A stretch of DNA of 64,000 bases, taken from positions 76,831-140,830 of the forward strand of contig CBDESZ010000006.1 of assembly GCA_965242725.1 (NCBI GenBank). Reading direction: 5' to 3'. How positions within the stretch are numbered: position 1 is the first letter of the stretch; each line of letters opens with the position of its first letter. The DNA is from Alkalispirochaeta sp. (GTDB lineage: Bacteria > Spirochaetota > Spirochaetia > DSM-27196 > Alkalispirochaetaceae). The notes beneath the pieces were generated by a model that did not search any database, had not been told where the DNA came from, and saw nothing but the letters and a program-made list of their open reading frames with translations. Below are positions 50,610-60,499 of this stretch, one piece after another. Position numbers and translations under genes: made by a program.

Positions 50610-50682
50610 TAGCAGGGGCAGGACTCGAACCTGCGACCTCCGGGTTATGAGCCCGACGAGCTGCCAACTGCTCTACCCTGCG
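50610..50682 (-). tRNA. Initiator tRNA-Met (CAT)
   Basis: Cloverleaf CGCAGGG...CCCTGCTA, C1 unpaired, GGG/CCC anticodon stem, loop CTCATAA, GGTTCGAGTCC; CCA not encoded. Confidence 0.95.
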
Positions 50683-50697
50683 TCGTGTGAGGAGAAC

Positions 50698-51270
50698 CTA
50701 CCAAACCGTGAGGATTTGGTCAAGGGAGCGGGCGAGGAGATTGTAGGCCAGGTGGCCGAGGGCGCCGATGGTGAGGGCGACGGGGAGGGCGATGCGGGGG
50801 CGGGGGACCCCATGTCTGTGTCGGTGGTCGGGGGCGGGGTGCAGGGCGTGGCCGTAGAGCCAGGTGGTGACGACGTGGATGGTGCCGGCGGTGATGAAGC
50901 GCAGCAGGATGAGGCCGGTGGGGGCGAGGATGTAGAGCAGGTTTTCGGTGGCGGCGAAGCCGAGGCCGACGGCGGCGCCGCGGCTGCCGGGTCTGCTGGC
51001 GTTGCCGGTCGTGCCCGATGCCCACACCGCGAGGAGTTTGGCGCCTTCCTCCAGGAGCACCACAACGGTGAGCCACGCGACGGCCGGCGCCCGTGCTACG
51101 GGGAGGAGCGAACGGAGCGCCAGCAGGACGACCATGGCGGCGACGGCGGCGGTCGCTCCTGCGCCGATCTGTGGTGCCCGCGACTGTTCCCCGGTTCGAC
51201 CGATGCCGATCGCCCCCGCCACCACGACCCCGAGCACTGCCAGATTGGCGACCGGCGTGGCGAGGTTCAT
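50698..51270 (-). CDS. PrsW-family intramembrane protease-like protein
   Basis: EEGAK, GLGFAATEN, H...HLAYN motifs. Confidence 0.75.
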   Translation of the reverse strand: MNLATPVANLAVLGVVVAGAIGIGRTGEQSRAPQIGAGATAAVAAMVVLLALRSLLPVARAPAVAWLTVVVLLEEGAKLLAVWASGTTGNASRPGSRGAAVGLGFAATENLLYILAPTGLILLRFITAGTIHVVTTWLYGHALHPAPDHRHRHGVPRPRIALPVALTIGALGHLAYNLLARSLDQILTVW

Positions 51271-51296
51271 GCGGTGGTCTCCCGGTGGCTCATCGC

Positions 51297-52379
51297 TCAG
51301 CCCGCGGCGGGGTACGCGGCCGCCAGCTCCTCGAGGATCGGTTCCAGCCGATCGAGGTGCGCGTCGGTGCCGATGGTGATGCGCAGGTGCCTGGGCAGGT
51401 TGAAGCTGGTGAGCGCCCGGACGGTCACCCCGCGCTGGGCGATGAACTCCGCGGCCTCCCGTGCGTCGATCGGGACTTCCACGGCGAGAAAGTTGGCCTG
51501 GCTGGGAAGGGTGGGAAACCCGAGGCGTGCGCACAGCGCCTGCAGTCGCTGCATGCCGGCGAGGTTGGTCGCCAGGGACCGCTGTACAAACTCCTGGTCC
51601 GCTAGTGCGGCGATGCCCGCCTGTTGCGCCACGCTGTTCACGCTGAACGGCTGCCGCACTCGCTTGATTTCCTCGATGCGCTGGGGCTGGGCGATGCCGT
51701 AGCCGAGGCGCACGGCGGCGATCCCGTACACTTTGGAAAAGGTGTGCAGCACGACGAGGTTGGCGTAGCGGTCGATGAGGGCGTCGGCATCGGCGGCGTC
51801 GGGGTCGGTCTGGTATTCGATGTAGGCGTGATCCACGACCACGAGGACGTCCTGCGGCACGCCGGCCATGAACTCCTCGAGTTCGGCCTGCGAGAACGCG
51901 CCGCCGGTGGGGTTGTTCGGTGAGCACAGAAAGACGATTCGCGTGCGCTCGTCGATACGGGACAGGTAGTCCAGCGGGCGTATTTCGAGGTTCTGCATGG
52001 GAACGGTGACCACCTCGGCGCCGTAGAGGCGGGCGGCAAACTCGTATTCCGAGAAGGTGTGGTCGGCGATGAGGACGCGGGCGCCCGCTTCCAGATACGT
52101 TCCGGCGATAAGCACGAGGATCTCGTCGGAACCGTTGCCGGTGATGATCTGCTCCGGCGCCACGCCGCGGTGTGCGGCGATGCGGGCGACGAGGTCGCGG
52201 GCGCCGCCGTCGGGGTAGATGTGCAGTTCTCGCACGGCGTCCTGGACGGCGGTGGCCACTGAGGGCGAGCACCCGAGGGGGTTCTCGTTGGACGCGAGTT
52301 TGAGCGCGTCGGCGCGTCGTTCTCCGGGGACGTAGGTATTCAGTGCTGCGATAGCCTGCCGGGTTTTCATGACATCCAT
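51297..52379 (-). CDS. hisC: Histidinol-phosphate aminotransferase
   Basis: KLASNENP, GNGSDE, PNNPTG, TFSKVYG..RLGY, LRITIG. Confidence 0.92.
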   Translation of the reverse strand: MDVMKTRQAIAALNTYVPGERRADALKLASNENPLGCSPSVATAVQDAVRELHIYPDGGARDLVARIAAHRGVAPEQIITGNGSDEILVLIAGTYLEAGARVLIADHTFSEYEFAARLYGAEVVTVPMQNLEIRPLDYLSRIDERTRIVFLCSPNNPTGGAFSQAELEEFMAGVPQDVLVVVDHAYIEYQTDPDAADADALIDRYANLVVLHTFSKVYGIAAVRLGYGIAQPQRIEEIKRVRQPFSVNSVAQQAGIAALADQEFVQRSLATNLAGMQRLQALCARLGFPTLPSQANFLAVEVPIDAREAAEFIAQRGVTVRALTSFNLPRHLRITIGTDAHLDRLEPILEELAAAYPAAG

Positions 52380-52423
52380 ACTACGGAAGTGACAGATTCC
52401 GGACAAGCAGCTATAGTGGGGCA

Positions 52424-53152
52424 ATGGTGAACATCACGGAACTCTTTGGATATATTGCATCGTTCTTTGTGGCGATCTCGCTCCTCATGAACGGCCTTCT
52501 GGCCCTGCGGATCCTCAATCTGATCGGTGCGATTGCGTTTGTGACCTACGGAGTTCTCCTGGGCAGTGTTCCGGTGCTGATCGCCAACGCGTTCATCGTG
52601 ATTGTGGATGTGTACTACCTGGTGCGCATGGTGCGCCCGGATCTCAACGGCGTGCGCTACGTGGCGGTCGGCGCGGACAAGCGCGCCCAGCTCGACGATT
52701 TTGTGGCCCACCACCTCGAGGATATCATTCGCTTTTTCCCCGATTTCTCAACCGATCGGGTCACGCGCTGCTTCGAGACCGGCGGTCGCGCCTACGTGGC
52801 CTTCAAGGACCTTACGGCGGTGGGGTTTGCGCTGGTGCAGCCGGTGCCGGCGCCGGAATCGGAGGATGATCCCGCCCTGCGCGAGGTCTACCGCAGCGTG
52901 CACAGCGATCTGTTCCCCGCGGAGTCGATGATGATTCCGGTGGACTATATCACGCGCAGGTACCGTGGCCTGGGACTGGTGCACCAGCTCTACCGCGCCA
53001 TCGAGGACGATGAGAACGGCCAGACCAAGTTCCTGCTGACGCCGGTTCGCCGGACGGCGAAGAAGCACCTGCGGTTCCTGCGCCAGGTGGGGTACCAGGC
53101 AAGCGTGGAAACCGGCGCCTACCTGGTGTACGGAAAGTCTTTGGGCGGCTGA
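52424..53152 (+). CDS. Membrane protein: YgjV-like N-terminal helices plus GNAT-like C-terminal domain
   Basis: GYIAS..SLLM...LR.LNL.G pattern; C-terminal DYI..RYRGLG. Confidence 0.6.
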   Translation: MVNITELFGYIASFFVAISLLMNGLLALRILNLIGAIAFVTYGVLLGSVPVLIANAFIVIVDVYYLVRMVRPDLNGVRYVAVGADKRAQLDDFVAHHLEDIIRFFPDFSTDRVTRCFETGGRAYVAFKDLTAVGFALVQPVPAPESEDDPALREVYRSVHSDLFPAESMMIPVDYITRRYRGLGLVHQLYRAIEDDENGQTKFLLTPVRRTAKKHLRFLRQVGYQASVETGAYLVYGKSLGG

Positions 53153-53156
53153 GCGG

Positions 53157-53375
53157 TCAGCCGCCACGCTCTTCCGGCGGGTTCTCCTTCAGGTAGTTGT
53201 GGTCCTCGCTGAGGTCCTCGATCAGTTCCTCAACCTTCATTTTCAGGGAATTCTCGGTCGTCTTCGCAAAGATGACGTCCTTGGGATTTTCCAGTTGTTT
53301 CTTCGCCGCCCGCATGACCAAATCGATCTCGGCGTAGCTCAGCCCGTGCATGATGATAACTCGTTGCTCGTCCAT
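53157..53375 (-). CDS. Small conserved protein (DUF3783-like)
   Basis: IFAKTTENSL.MKV.ELI..L.EDH.Y. Confidence 0.6.
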   Translation of the reverse strand: MDEQRVIIMHGLSYAEIDLVMRAAKKQLENPKDVIFAKTTENSLKMKVEELIEDLSEDHNYLKENPPEERGG

Positions 53376-53440
53376 GCGCCCTAACATAGAAAGGCGCGGG
53401 GCTTGGATCAAGTCCCCGCGCCGGGTGTCCCCGCACGCGG

Positions 53441-53509
53441 CGATTGACCCGGCGATTGAGCCGACGATTGACCCGGCCGACGAAGACAAATATAATTAGG
53501 AAAGCCTAA
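53441..53509 (+). promoter_or_regulatory. feo promoter with DtxR/MntR-type operator
   Basis: Three 12-bp repeats CGATTGAsCCGr, the last supplying TTGACC-N17-TATAAT; palindrome TTAGG-AAAG-CCTAA at 53496-53509. Confidence 0.75.
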
Positions 53510-53560
53510 CAAGATTCGGTCGCCGGCACCTATGGGCGGTCGAATCACATCGGACGGGGA

Positions 53561-55840
53561 ATGAGCAAAACGATCTGCCTGGTGGGAAATCCCAACGCGG
53601 GCAAGACAAGTATTTTCAACGGTCTCACCGGAGCGCGCCAACGCGTGGGAAACTGGGCCGGCGTGACGGTCGAGTACAGCGAGGGCGTGCTTCCCGACCC
53701 CGACGGCGGGGATGAACTCACCGTTGTGGACCTGCCGGGGCTGTACTCGCTCCATGCCGCCAGCGACGACGAGCGGGTGGCCCGGGACGCCCTGATGAGC
53801 GGGCGCGTGGACCTGGTGGTGAACGTGGTGGATGCCACCAACCTGGAACGCAATCTGTATCTGACCTCCCAGATCCTGGAACTCGGCGTGCCGACGATGG
53901 TGGTGCTGAGCATGGTCGACCTTGCGGAACGGGCGGGGGTGGTGATCGACGAGGAGCACCTCAGCCATCACCTGGGCGTGCCGGTGATCGGTATCAACGC
54001 CACCGACGAGCGCGACCAGCGGCGGCTGCGGCGGGCGGTGCGCGGCCACACCCACAATCCGGTCTTTACGCCCCATCCGGTTCAGTACCCCGCGGCGCTG
54101 GCGCAGGTGATCGATTCGTGGTCGGTGCTGCTGTCCGCCTCGCTGGACGAACTGCCGTTTCCGCCACGGTGGCTGGCGCTGCTGGTGCTAGACGGGGATC
54201 GCGAGGCGGCGCGCCTGGCGGCGCCGGTGATCTCGCCGGAGGAGATGGAGTCCACGCGCCACGATCTCGAACAGCATCTGGACGACGAGGTGGACATCGT
54301 GATCGCCGACAGTCGGTTCGGCTTTGTCCACGGGATCGCCACGGATGTGATGCGGCAGTCACGCGCCGGCGTGTCGGTGACCGAGCGGATCGACCGCGTG
54401 GTGCTGCACCCGATCATGGGGATTCCGGTTTTCTTCGCGGTCATGTACGCGGTGTTCTGGGTGACGATCGCACTGGGCGGCGCGGCGATCGACTTCTTCG
54501 ATATCCTCGCCGGCGCGGTGTTTGTCGACGGAACGCGGGCGCTCCTGCAGACGGTCGGGGCGCCGTGGTGGTCGGAGCTGGTGCTGGCCGACGGTATCGG
54601 CGCGGGGCTCCAGACGGTCGCGACGTTTGTGCCGGTGATCTTTGCGATGTTCCTCATGCTTTCGCTGCTTGAGAACAGCGGCTATATGGCCCGCGCGGCG
54701 TTTGTCATGGACCGGGTGATGCGCCGGATCGGGTTGCCGGGCAAGTCGTTTGTGCCGCTTCTGGTGGGCTTCGGGTGCACGGTTCCGGCGATCCTGAGCA
54801 CGCGCACCCTGGAATCCCGCAAGGACCGCCTCATGACGGTGTTCATCGCGCCGCTCATGTCCTGCGGCGCCCGTCTGCCGGTGTACGCGCTTTTCGCCGC
54901 GGCGTTCTTTCCCGCTGCCGCCGGGCTGGTGGTGTTCTCGCTCTACATGGCGGGGATCGTTGTTGCGGTCCTCACGGGGCTGCTGCTGAAGCATACGCTC
55001 TTTCCGGGCGAGGCGAGCCATCTGGTGATGGAGCTGCCGCCGTACCATCGGCCGCAGATTCGCTCCACCCTGATCTACACGTGGACGCGCATGAAGAGTT
55101 TTGTAACCAACGCCGGTGCGACGATCGCGCTGGCGGTGGCGATCCTGGCGGTTCTCAACACGGTGCAGTGGCCGGATTCGGAGGACTCGCTGCTTGCGCG
55201 GGCGGGGAAGACCGCCACGCCGGTGTTCGGTTCGATCGGGATCGAGGAGGACAACTGGCCGGCGACGGTGGGACTGTTCACGGGGCTCTTTGCCAAGGAA
55301 GCGATCGTGGGAACGCTGAACTCGCTCTACCGCCAGGCGGACACCGCCGGAGCCGCGGCGGGGGCCGGGGACGCGGCGGTCGGTGCGTCGGGGGAGGGGT
55401 CCTCAGGGTCGCCGGTCGGCGGCTGGGTCCGGGGACTGCCTGCGGCGACGGGAGAGGCGGTGGGATCCCTGTGGGCGGGACTGCGCTCGCCGGGATTCGG
55501 TCTCTCCGGCGAACACGGGTCCGGCGCCGGGGACATCGGGCGGTTGCGGCAGTACTTCACGCCGGCGGAGGCCTACGCCTATCTTCTGTTCGTGCTGCTG
55601 TACCTGCCGTGTCTGGCGGCGTTCGGTACGGCGCTGCGTGAGCTCGGCCGGCGCTACGGAACGATGCTGGCGGTGTACCTCATCGGTGTGGCGTGGTCCA
55701 CGGCGTCGCTCTTCTACCAGATTGTGGAGGGGCACAGCGTGCCGATCGTGGTGGGCGCGCTCGGCGTGATCGGTGGACTGATTCTGATGTTCGTCATCGC
55801 CGGGCACCGGGATCTGGAACTGCGGGAGGCGCAGGCGTGA
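53561..55840 (+). CDS. feoB: Ferrous iron transporter B
   Basis: GNPNAGKT, VGNWAGVT, DLPG, GFGCTVPA, MSCGARLP, MELPPY, LYLPC. Confidence 0.95.
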   Translation: MSKTICLVGNPNAGKTSIFNGLTGARQRVGNWAGVTVEYSEGVLPDPDGGDELTVVDLPGLYSLHAASDDERVARDALMSGRVDLVVNVVDATNLERNLYLTSQILELGVPTMVVLSMVDLAERAGVVIDEEHLSHHLGVPVIGINATDERDQRRLRRAVRGHTHNPVFTPHPVQYPAALAQVIDSWSVLLSASLDELPFPPRWLALLVLDGDREAARLAAPVISPEEMESTRHDLEQHLDDEVDIVIADSRFGFVHGIATDVMRQSRAGVSVTERIDRVVLHPIMGIPVFFAVMYAVFWVTIALGGAAIDFFDILAGAVFVDGTRALLQTVGAPWWSELVLADGIGAGLQTVATFVPVIFAMFLMLSLLENSGYMARAAFVMDRVMRRIGLPGKSFVPLLVGFGCTVPAILSTRTLESRKDRLMTVFIAPLMSCGARLPVYALFAAAFFPAAAGLVVFSLYMAGIVVAVLTGLLLKHTLFPGEASHLVMELPPYHRPQIRSTLIYTWTRMKSFVTNAGATIALAVAILAVLNTVQWPDSEDSLLARAGKTATPVFGSIGIEEDNWPATVGLFTGLFAKEAIVGTLNSLYRQADTAGAAAGAGDAAVGASGEGSSGSPVGGWVRGLPAATGEAVGSLWAGLRSPGFGLSGEHGSGAGDIGRLRQYFTPAEAYAYLLFVLLYLPCLAAFGTALRELGRRYGTMLAVYLIGVAWSTASLFYQIVEGHSVPIVVGALGVIGGLILMFVIAGHRDLELREAQA

Positions 55841-56139
55841 TCGTCAGCGCGGTAAAACGGGAAATGGAGCGGCGCGGACGCGCCACGGTGTCGCAGCTTG
55901 CGGCGGAACTTCGGGAACCGGTGGAGCGGGTCGCCGCGGCGATGCAGCTTCATGTGGAACGTGGCCGGGCGGCGCGGGAGTCCGCGACGAGCATTACGCA
56001 ATGCGGCACGGTGGGGTGCACCCGCTGTCCGCTGGCGGACGCCTGTCGGGTTGACGCCGACGCCACCAGCGGAGTCGATGTATTTGTATGGGTCAGGAAG
56101 GAAACGGAGAACGATGAGCGGAAAATCGGCATCCATTGA
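55837..56139 (+). CDS. feoC: FeoC-like winged-helix Cys-rich protein
   Basis: GTG overlapping the feoB stop; C-x4-C-x2-C-x4-C. Confidence 0.65.
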   Translation: MIVSAVKREMERRGRATVSQLAAELREPVERVAAAMQLHVERGRAARESATSITQCGTVGCTRCPLADACRVDADATSGVDVFVWVRKETENDERKIGIH

Positions 56140-56650
56140 GTCCATCACCGAAAGCCTTGCGCGCTACGTGCTGGCGATTTACGAGCTGTCGGTGGAGAAC
56201 AAGGTCGCGCGGTCCAAGGACATCGCGGAGCTGGTGGGTGTGAGCCGCCCGTCGGTGACGGGGGCGCTGCAGAAACTGGACAAGGCGGGGCTCATCGAAT
56301 ACGAGCCCTACGGGTACGTGACGCTGACCCGCACGGGGGAGACGCAGGCGCGACAGCTGCTGTTAAAGCACCGGGCGACGCAGGATTTCCTGGAACTTGC
56401 GCTGGGACTGCCGCAGAGTCGGGCGCAGGGTGTGGCCGCGCAGATCGAGCAGCACCTGCCGGCAGATGTGCTGTGCCGGCTGGTGCAGTTCAACAACTTT
56501 TACCGCCAGAACCCGGACAAGCGCTTTGACTGGAACCCCGCGTGTCGAAATCTGTGTCAGATTCTGTACGGCGTGGAGGGGCCCCGCAAGTGCCACGACG
56601 AGAACGGGACGATCACGGGACAGAGCCCGGCGCTGCAGGACGTGTTCTGA
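56114..56650 (+). CDS. DtxR/MntR-family metal-dependent repressor
   Basis: Y...IY..ARSKDIA..VSRPSVT..L.KL, YEPYG.V.LT..G, IEQH. Confidence 0.85.
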   Translation: MSGKSASIESITESLARYVLAIYELSVENKVARSKDIAELVGVSRPSVTGALQKLDKAGLIEYEPYGYVTLTRTGETQARQLLLKHRATQDFLELALGLPQSRAQGVAAQIEQHLPADVLCRLVQFNNFYRQNPDKRFDWNPACRNLCQILYGVEGPRKCHDENGTITGQSPALQDVF

Positions 56651-57590
56651 TCGGCGTCACGCCGACGGCGCGTTCGAGGCGCCGTTCCCACACCACCGCC
56701 AGCGCCAGTGCCAGGCGCGGCACGATGATCCACAGGACAGGCGCCCCGAGCGCCACAAAGAGGGCGGTGTCCTCGATGAGGGAGTGCGAGACGCCGAGGT
56801 GGTGATTGAGCAGGTCGCCGTCGGCGGCGTCCAGTCGGCCGGTCTCCGCTTCCTCCCGGAGCACCGCTGCGCCGTACGCCAGGCCGAGGGTGTTCGCCAC
56901 GATCCACGCCGGCGCGCTCGCCGCGGGGAGGCCGAAGAGACGCAGCGGGTGACGCACCAGCCGTGCCACGCGGTCGGTGATCCCCGCAAACTGCAGCCAC
57001 CGGGTGGCAACGACCAGGACGCTGACGATCACCGTTACCCGTAGGAGCAGGCGCCCCGTCTCGATCGCCCACGCTCCCAGCGCCGGTCCGAGGTCCGCCG
57101 GCATCGCCGCCGCCGCGGTACCACCTCCCACCACCACCGGTTCGTTCCAGAATCCCCCCGACGGCAGCAGGATCGAGGTCGTCCACGCGAGGAAGAGCCC
57201 CCCGGCGAGGCGAACGGCGACCATGCGTGTCACGGGTGTCCCGGTGCGTCGCGTCACCGCCAGTTCGACCAGGAAGTTGTGGGCCACGAGGCAGAGCAGC
57301 CCCAGGATCACGAGCTGCCGGTGATCGAGGCCCAGCGCGGGCACCATGGCGATGACGGCGTAAAGGTTGATGAGCACGCTTGAGATGAGCGCCATCGCCG
57401 CCTCCCCCGGGAGGCCGATCACCGACATGAGCGGCTCCAGAAGCTGTCCCAGGTGCTCCAGGATACCGAGTCGGCGCAGGACGAAGACCACCGCCGAAGC
57501 GGGAACCATGATCCTGATAAGCCAGGCGATCGTGCCGGCGCTGCGCCGGAGGCTTTCTGCGAGGTGCTCGCGGAGGGTGGGGGACGGCAT
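56613..57590 (-). CDS. Nucleoside-recognition (Gate) domain membrane protein
   Basis: PLMS.IGLPGEA, AHN..VE, GLAYG, HSLIEDT. Confidence 0.75.
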   Translation of the reverse strand: MPSPTLREHLAESLRRSAGTIAWLIRIMVPASAVVFVLRRLGILEHLGQLLEPLMSVIGLPGEAAMALISSVLINLYAVIAMVPALGLDHRQLVILGLLCLVAHNFLVELAVTRRTGTPVTRMVAVRLAGGLFLAWTTSILLPSGGFWNEPVVVGGGTAAAAMPADLGPALGAWAIETGRLLLRVTVIVSVLVVATRWLQFAGITDRVARLVRHPLRLFGLPAASAPAWIVANTLGLAYGAAVLREEAETGRLDAADGDLLNHHLGVSHSLIEDTALFVALGAPVLWIIVPRLALALAVVWERRLERAVGVTPIRTRPAAPGSVP

Positions 57591-57652
57591 GCGGCAACGG
57601 TACCCGCAGCGATCACTTTTATTCAAGCCGCGGTCGGGATACAATCACGGTC

Positions 57653-58663
57653 GTGACAGTCATTTTTCATACGCCTCAGAACACGCTCTGGAACGAGCTC
57701 GCGGAGGAGTTCCGCGTCTCCACCGGTGCCGATGTGGTTCGCATTGACCGCGACGCGCCGCTGTCGGAACTGGATGCCGACGTCCGGGAACGCGCCGTGG
57801 CGCTCGTCGCATTCGCCGCCTCCGGCGAGGTTTTGGATTCCCTGCCGTCGCTGCGGCTGGTGGCGATTCCCATGGCGGGGATCAACACGCTGGCGATCGG
57901 ACCGGCGCGGGAGCGCGGCCTACAGGTGGTGAACGCCCACGCCAACGGCATGTGGGTCGCGGAGCGCGCCATGGCCCTGACCCTCGGGTTCCGCGGGCAG
58001 CTGGTACGTGGTGACCGCGACCTCCGCCGGGGCCGCTGGCACGGGTTCGCCGCCGCCGAGCCCCCCACGCAGAGCTGGGAGTCGCTCTACGACACCACCG
58101 TGGCGATTCTCGGTACCGGATCGATCGGCCAGTGGACCGCCCGTTTCCTCAATCCCTTCGGGGTGCGGTGCCGCGGGTTCCGCCGGCGTCCCGGGACGGA
58201 CGGTCTGCCAGAGGGACTCTTTGAGTCGGTCACCACGGATCTGTCCGAGGCGCTGAACGGCGCGTCGACGGTGGTGTCGACACTCCCGCTCACCGAGACC
58301 ACCCGTGGACTGGTGGATGCGGCTGCCCTGGAGCAGATGCGCGGTGCGGTGCTGGTGAACGTCGGTCGCGGAGAGGTGATCGACGAGCAGGCGCTGTACG
58401 AGGCGCTCCACGCGGGGACCCTGGCGGGAGCCGCCCTGGATACGTGGTACCGGTACCCGAATCCGCCGGGGAGCGAGCAGTTGCCGTCGGAGTACCCGTT
58501 CCACGAACTGGACAACGTGCTGCTGTCGCCGCACCTGGGGGGATACACCGCCGCCGCCACACGGGCCAGCGCCCGGGAGGTGGTGGATGCCGTGGCACGG
58601 TGGCTGGCGGACGGCGCTCCCGCCGACCGCGGCGGCACGGTGGACGTGGAACAGGGCTACTGA
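57653..58663 (+). CDS. D-2-hydroxyacid dehydrogenase family
   Basis: GTGSIG, LPLTETT, NVGRG, LDTW, SPHLGG. Confidence 0.85.
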   Translation: MTVIFHTPQNTLWNELAEEFRVSTGADVVRIDRDAPLSELDADVRERAVALVAFAASGEVLDSLPSLRLVAIPMAGINTLAIGPARERGLQVVNAHANGMWVAERAMALTLGFRGQLVRGDRDLRRGRWHGFAAAEPPTQSWESLYDTTVAILGTGSIGQWTARFLNPFGVRCRGFRRRPGTDGLPEGLFESVTTDLSEALNGASTVVSTLPLTETTRGLVDAAALEQMRGAVLVNVGRGEVIDEQALYEALHAGTLAGAALDTWYRYPNPPGSEQLPSEYPFHELDNVLLSPHLGGYTAAATRASAREVVDAVARWLADGAPADRGGTVDVEQGY

Positions 58664-58665
58664 CG

Positions 58666-58956
58666 ATGACCCACGAGGTACGCCACGAACGGCACCATCG
58701 GCGTTTTGTCGTGACTGTGGGGGCGGAGGAGGCGTTTCTGGCCTACGAGCTCCGGGTCGACGGCGTGCTGGTGCTGGAACACACCTTTACCCCGCTCAGC
58801 CTGCGGGGTCGAGGCATCGCCCGGGAGGTGGTGCGGGCGGCACTGGAGTACGCCCGCAACGCGGGGCTGTCGGTGGATCCGCAGTGCTGGTACGCGGCGC
58901 GGTTCATTGCACGGCATCCGGAATATCAGGATCTCGTGACCGACTCCGACCGCTGA
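58666..58956 (+). CDS. Small GNAT acetyltransferase (YjdJ-like)
   Basis: HT.TP.SLRGRGIA, P.C.Y...F...HPEY. Confidence 0.85.
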   Translation: MTHEVRHERHHRRFVVTVGAEEAFLAYELRVDGVLVLEHTFTPLSLRGRGIAREVVRAALEYARNAGLSVDPQCWYAARFIARHPEYQDLVTDSDR

Positions 58957-60499
58957 GGTCGTTCTCCAGACGGTATAACCCCCGCAGCTGACGCGCCAGG
59001 GGGCGCCACTGAGATCCCACGATATCGAGCAGATCACGGGGTGCGTAGTCGCCGCTGAAGCTCTGGCTGTGCAGTTCGCGAACCACGTAGGCAACCTCGG
59101 TGCCGTCCTGGGTCCGGGCGATGAGGGTGCCGGCGGTTTCAAGCGAATCGATCGTTTCCTCAATCGATGCGCGTACCCGGGGCCGGTAGCGCTCGTAGAG
59201 GCCCGTCAGCTGTCGGCGCACCAGGGAGGACGACCCGCTGCGCTGCTGCAGGCGCTGGATTTCGTCGCCTAGCGTTCCGCGGCCGCGGTCGTCTCCGCCA
59301 AGGAGTGACCGGAGGCGTTCCAGCGCCTGGTCCAGTTGCAGCGCCGCCTGGTGCAGCCGGTTGCGCGTGTCCAGGTGGTAGAACTGCGCGTCGATCACCA
59401 GCTGGGTTACCACGCGGCGGGTGTCGTCAAAGAAATCGCTGCCCGCCAGAAGCAGGAGGAATCCAACCGTCCGTGGATGCAGGGCGGTGGGGATCCAGGA
59501 GACGGGGGGCCGATCGATCAGATATACGCGCGACAGGATGTCTCCGATCTCACGCTGCCGCTGCTGCTCCAACGCCGGTCCGATCCCCTCCATTTCCCGT
59601 CGGGTCCATTCGTCGCGGAACGGCGTCCACCAGTCGCTGCGGATGGACAGCGCCGGAATCTCGAGAAACGGTTCCCCCGCCGCAAAGCGCACGAGATCCA
59701 CAAACGGTGTCGCCGCGCGAAACTCCTCGATCTCCGACCAGATCGCCCGGGGCGGTCCCGCCTTGGCGCGAATGCGGCGGTGCGCGAACGCCCACGCCTG
59801 TTCCGTGGCCTCCGGGTTCGCGTTGCGGTGACAGAGCTCGAGAACCTGGTACAGCTGCTGGAGCTGTTCGCGGACCACACGGAGCGGCGTCTGCTCGCGC
59901 CGGGCGCCCTGTACCGGCAACAGCGAGTCCAGGTCGACCCGCTGCAGCAGGTTGAGCGTTCGCAGGGAGGACCAGATCGGCGCCAGGCGCCGTTCGATTT
60001 CGGGGAACGCCTCTTCCAGCGACCGTTCGATCCGCCGGCGGGCGCGGTGCTGCGCCTCCTCCAGGCTGAGGCCGGGGTCGTCGCGATCCACATCGGGCAG
60101 GTCGGCGGCATCGTGAAGGCGGGCGGTGAGTTCGGGGGCCACTGTCTCCAGCGTCTCGCGCAGAAAGGTGCCTCGGGCGCTCCCGGTGGTTTCGTCCAGG
60201 GCCGGACGGATACGGCGGCGCTGACTCTGCAGCGACCGCACGTGGCGGTGAAACGCCGGAAGCAGGGCGGGGATGCTGCAGTCCACATAGCTGCGGGCCA
60301 CCCGGTCCAGGCGTCTGCGCAGCTCCTGCAGGTGGTGGGCGCGGGTGGCAACAACCACCGAGCGGGCTCCCACCAGCGCCCGCAGCCGCAGATACCAGCG
60401 GTACCAGAACGGGAACTGGGCAAAGCGCTGCAGGTACACGTCCGTTGAGGGTTCCACCGGGTCGGGAAACCGGACCGTGTAGTGGCTGTTCCGTCTCAT
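58904..60499 (-). CDS. Conserved helical hypothetical protein (possibly spirochaete DUF5312-like)
   Basis: Long ORF with host-like codon pattern, coupled to the upstream oxidase; family call is weak. Confidence 0.55.
   Translation of the reverse strand: MRRNSHYTVRFPDPVEPSTDVYLQRFAQFPFWYRWYLRLRALVGARSVVVATRAHHLQELRRRLDRVARSYVDCSIPALLPAFHRHVRSLQSQRRRIRPALDETTGSARGTFLRETLETVAPELTARLHDAADLPDVDRDDPGLSLEEAQHRARRRIERSLEEAFPEIERRLAPIWSSLRTLNLLQRVDLDSLLPVQGARREQTPLRVVREQLQQLYQVLELCHRNANPEATEQAWAFAHRRIRAKAGPPRAIWSEIEEFRAATPFVDLVRFAAGEPFLEIPALSIRSDWWTPFRDEWTRREMEGIGPALEQQRQREIGDILSRVYLIDRPPVSWIPTALHPRTVGFLLLLAGSDFFDDTRRVVTQLVIDAQFYHLDTRNRLHQAALQLDQALERLRSLLGGDDRGRGTLGDEIQRLQQRSGSSSLVRRQLTGLYERYRPRVRASIEETIDSLETAGTLIARTQDGTEVAYVVRELHSQSFSGDYAPRDLLDIVGSQWRPLARQLRGLYRLENDLSGRSRSRDPDIPDAVQ

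Noticed and set aside
50218..51702. ORFs 50218..50667 and 50311..51702
   Set aside because: They overlap the tRNA, terminator and real minus-strand genes; shadow frames.
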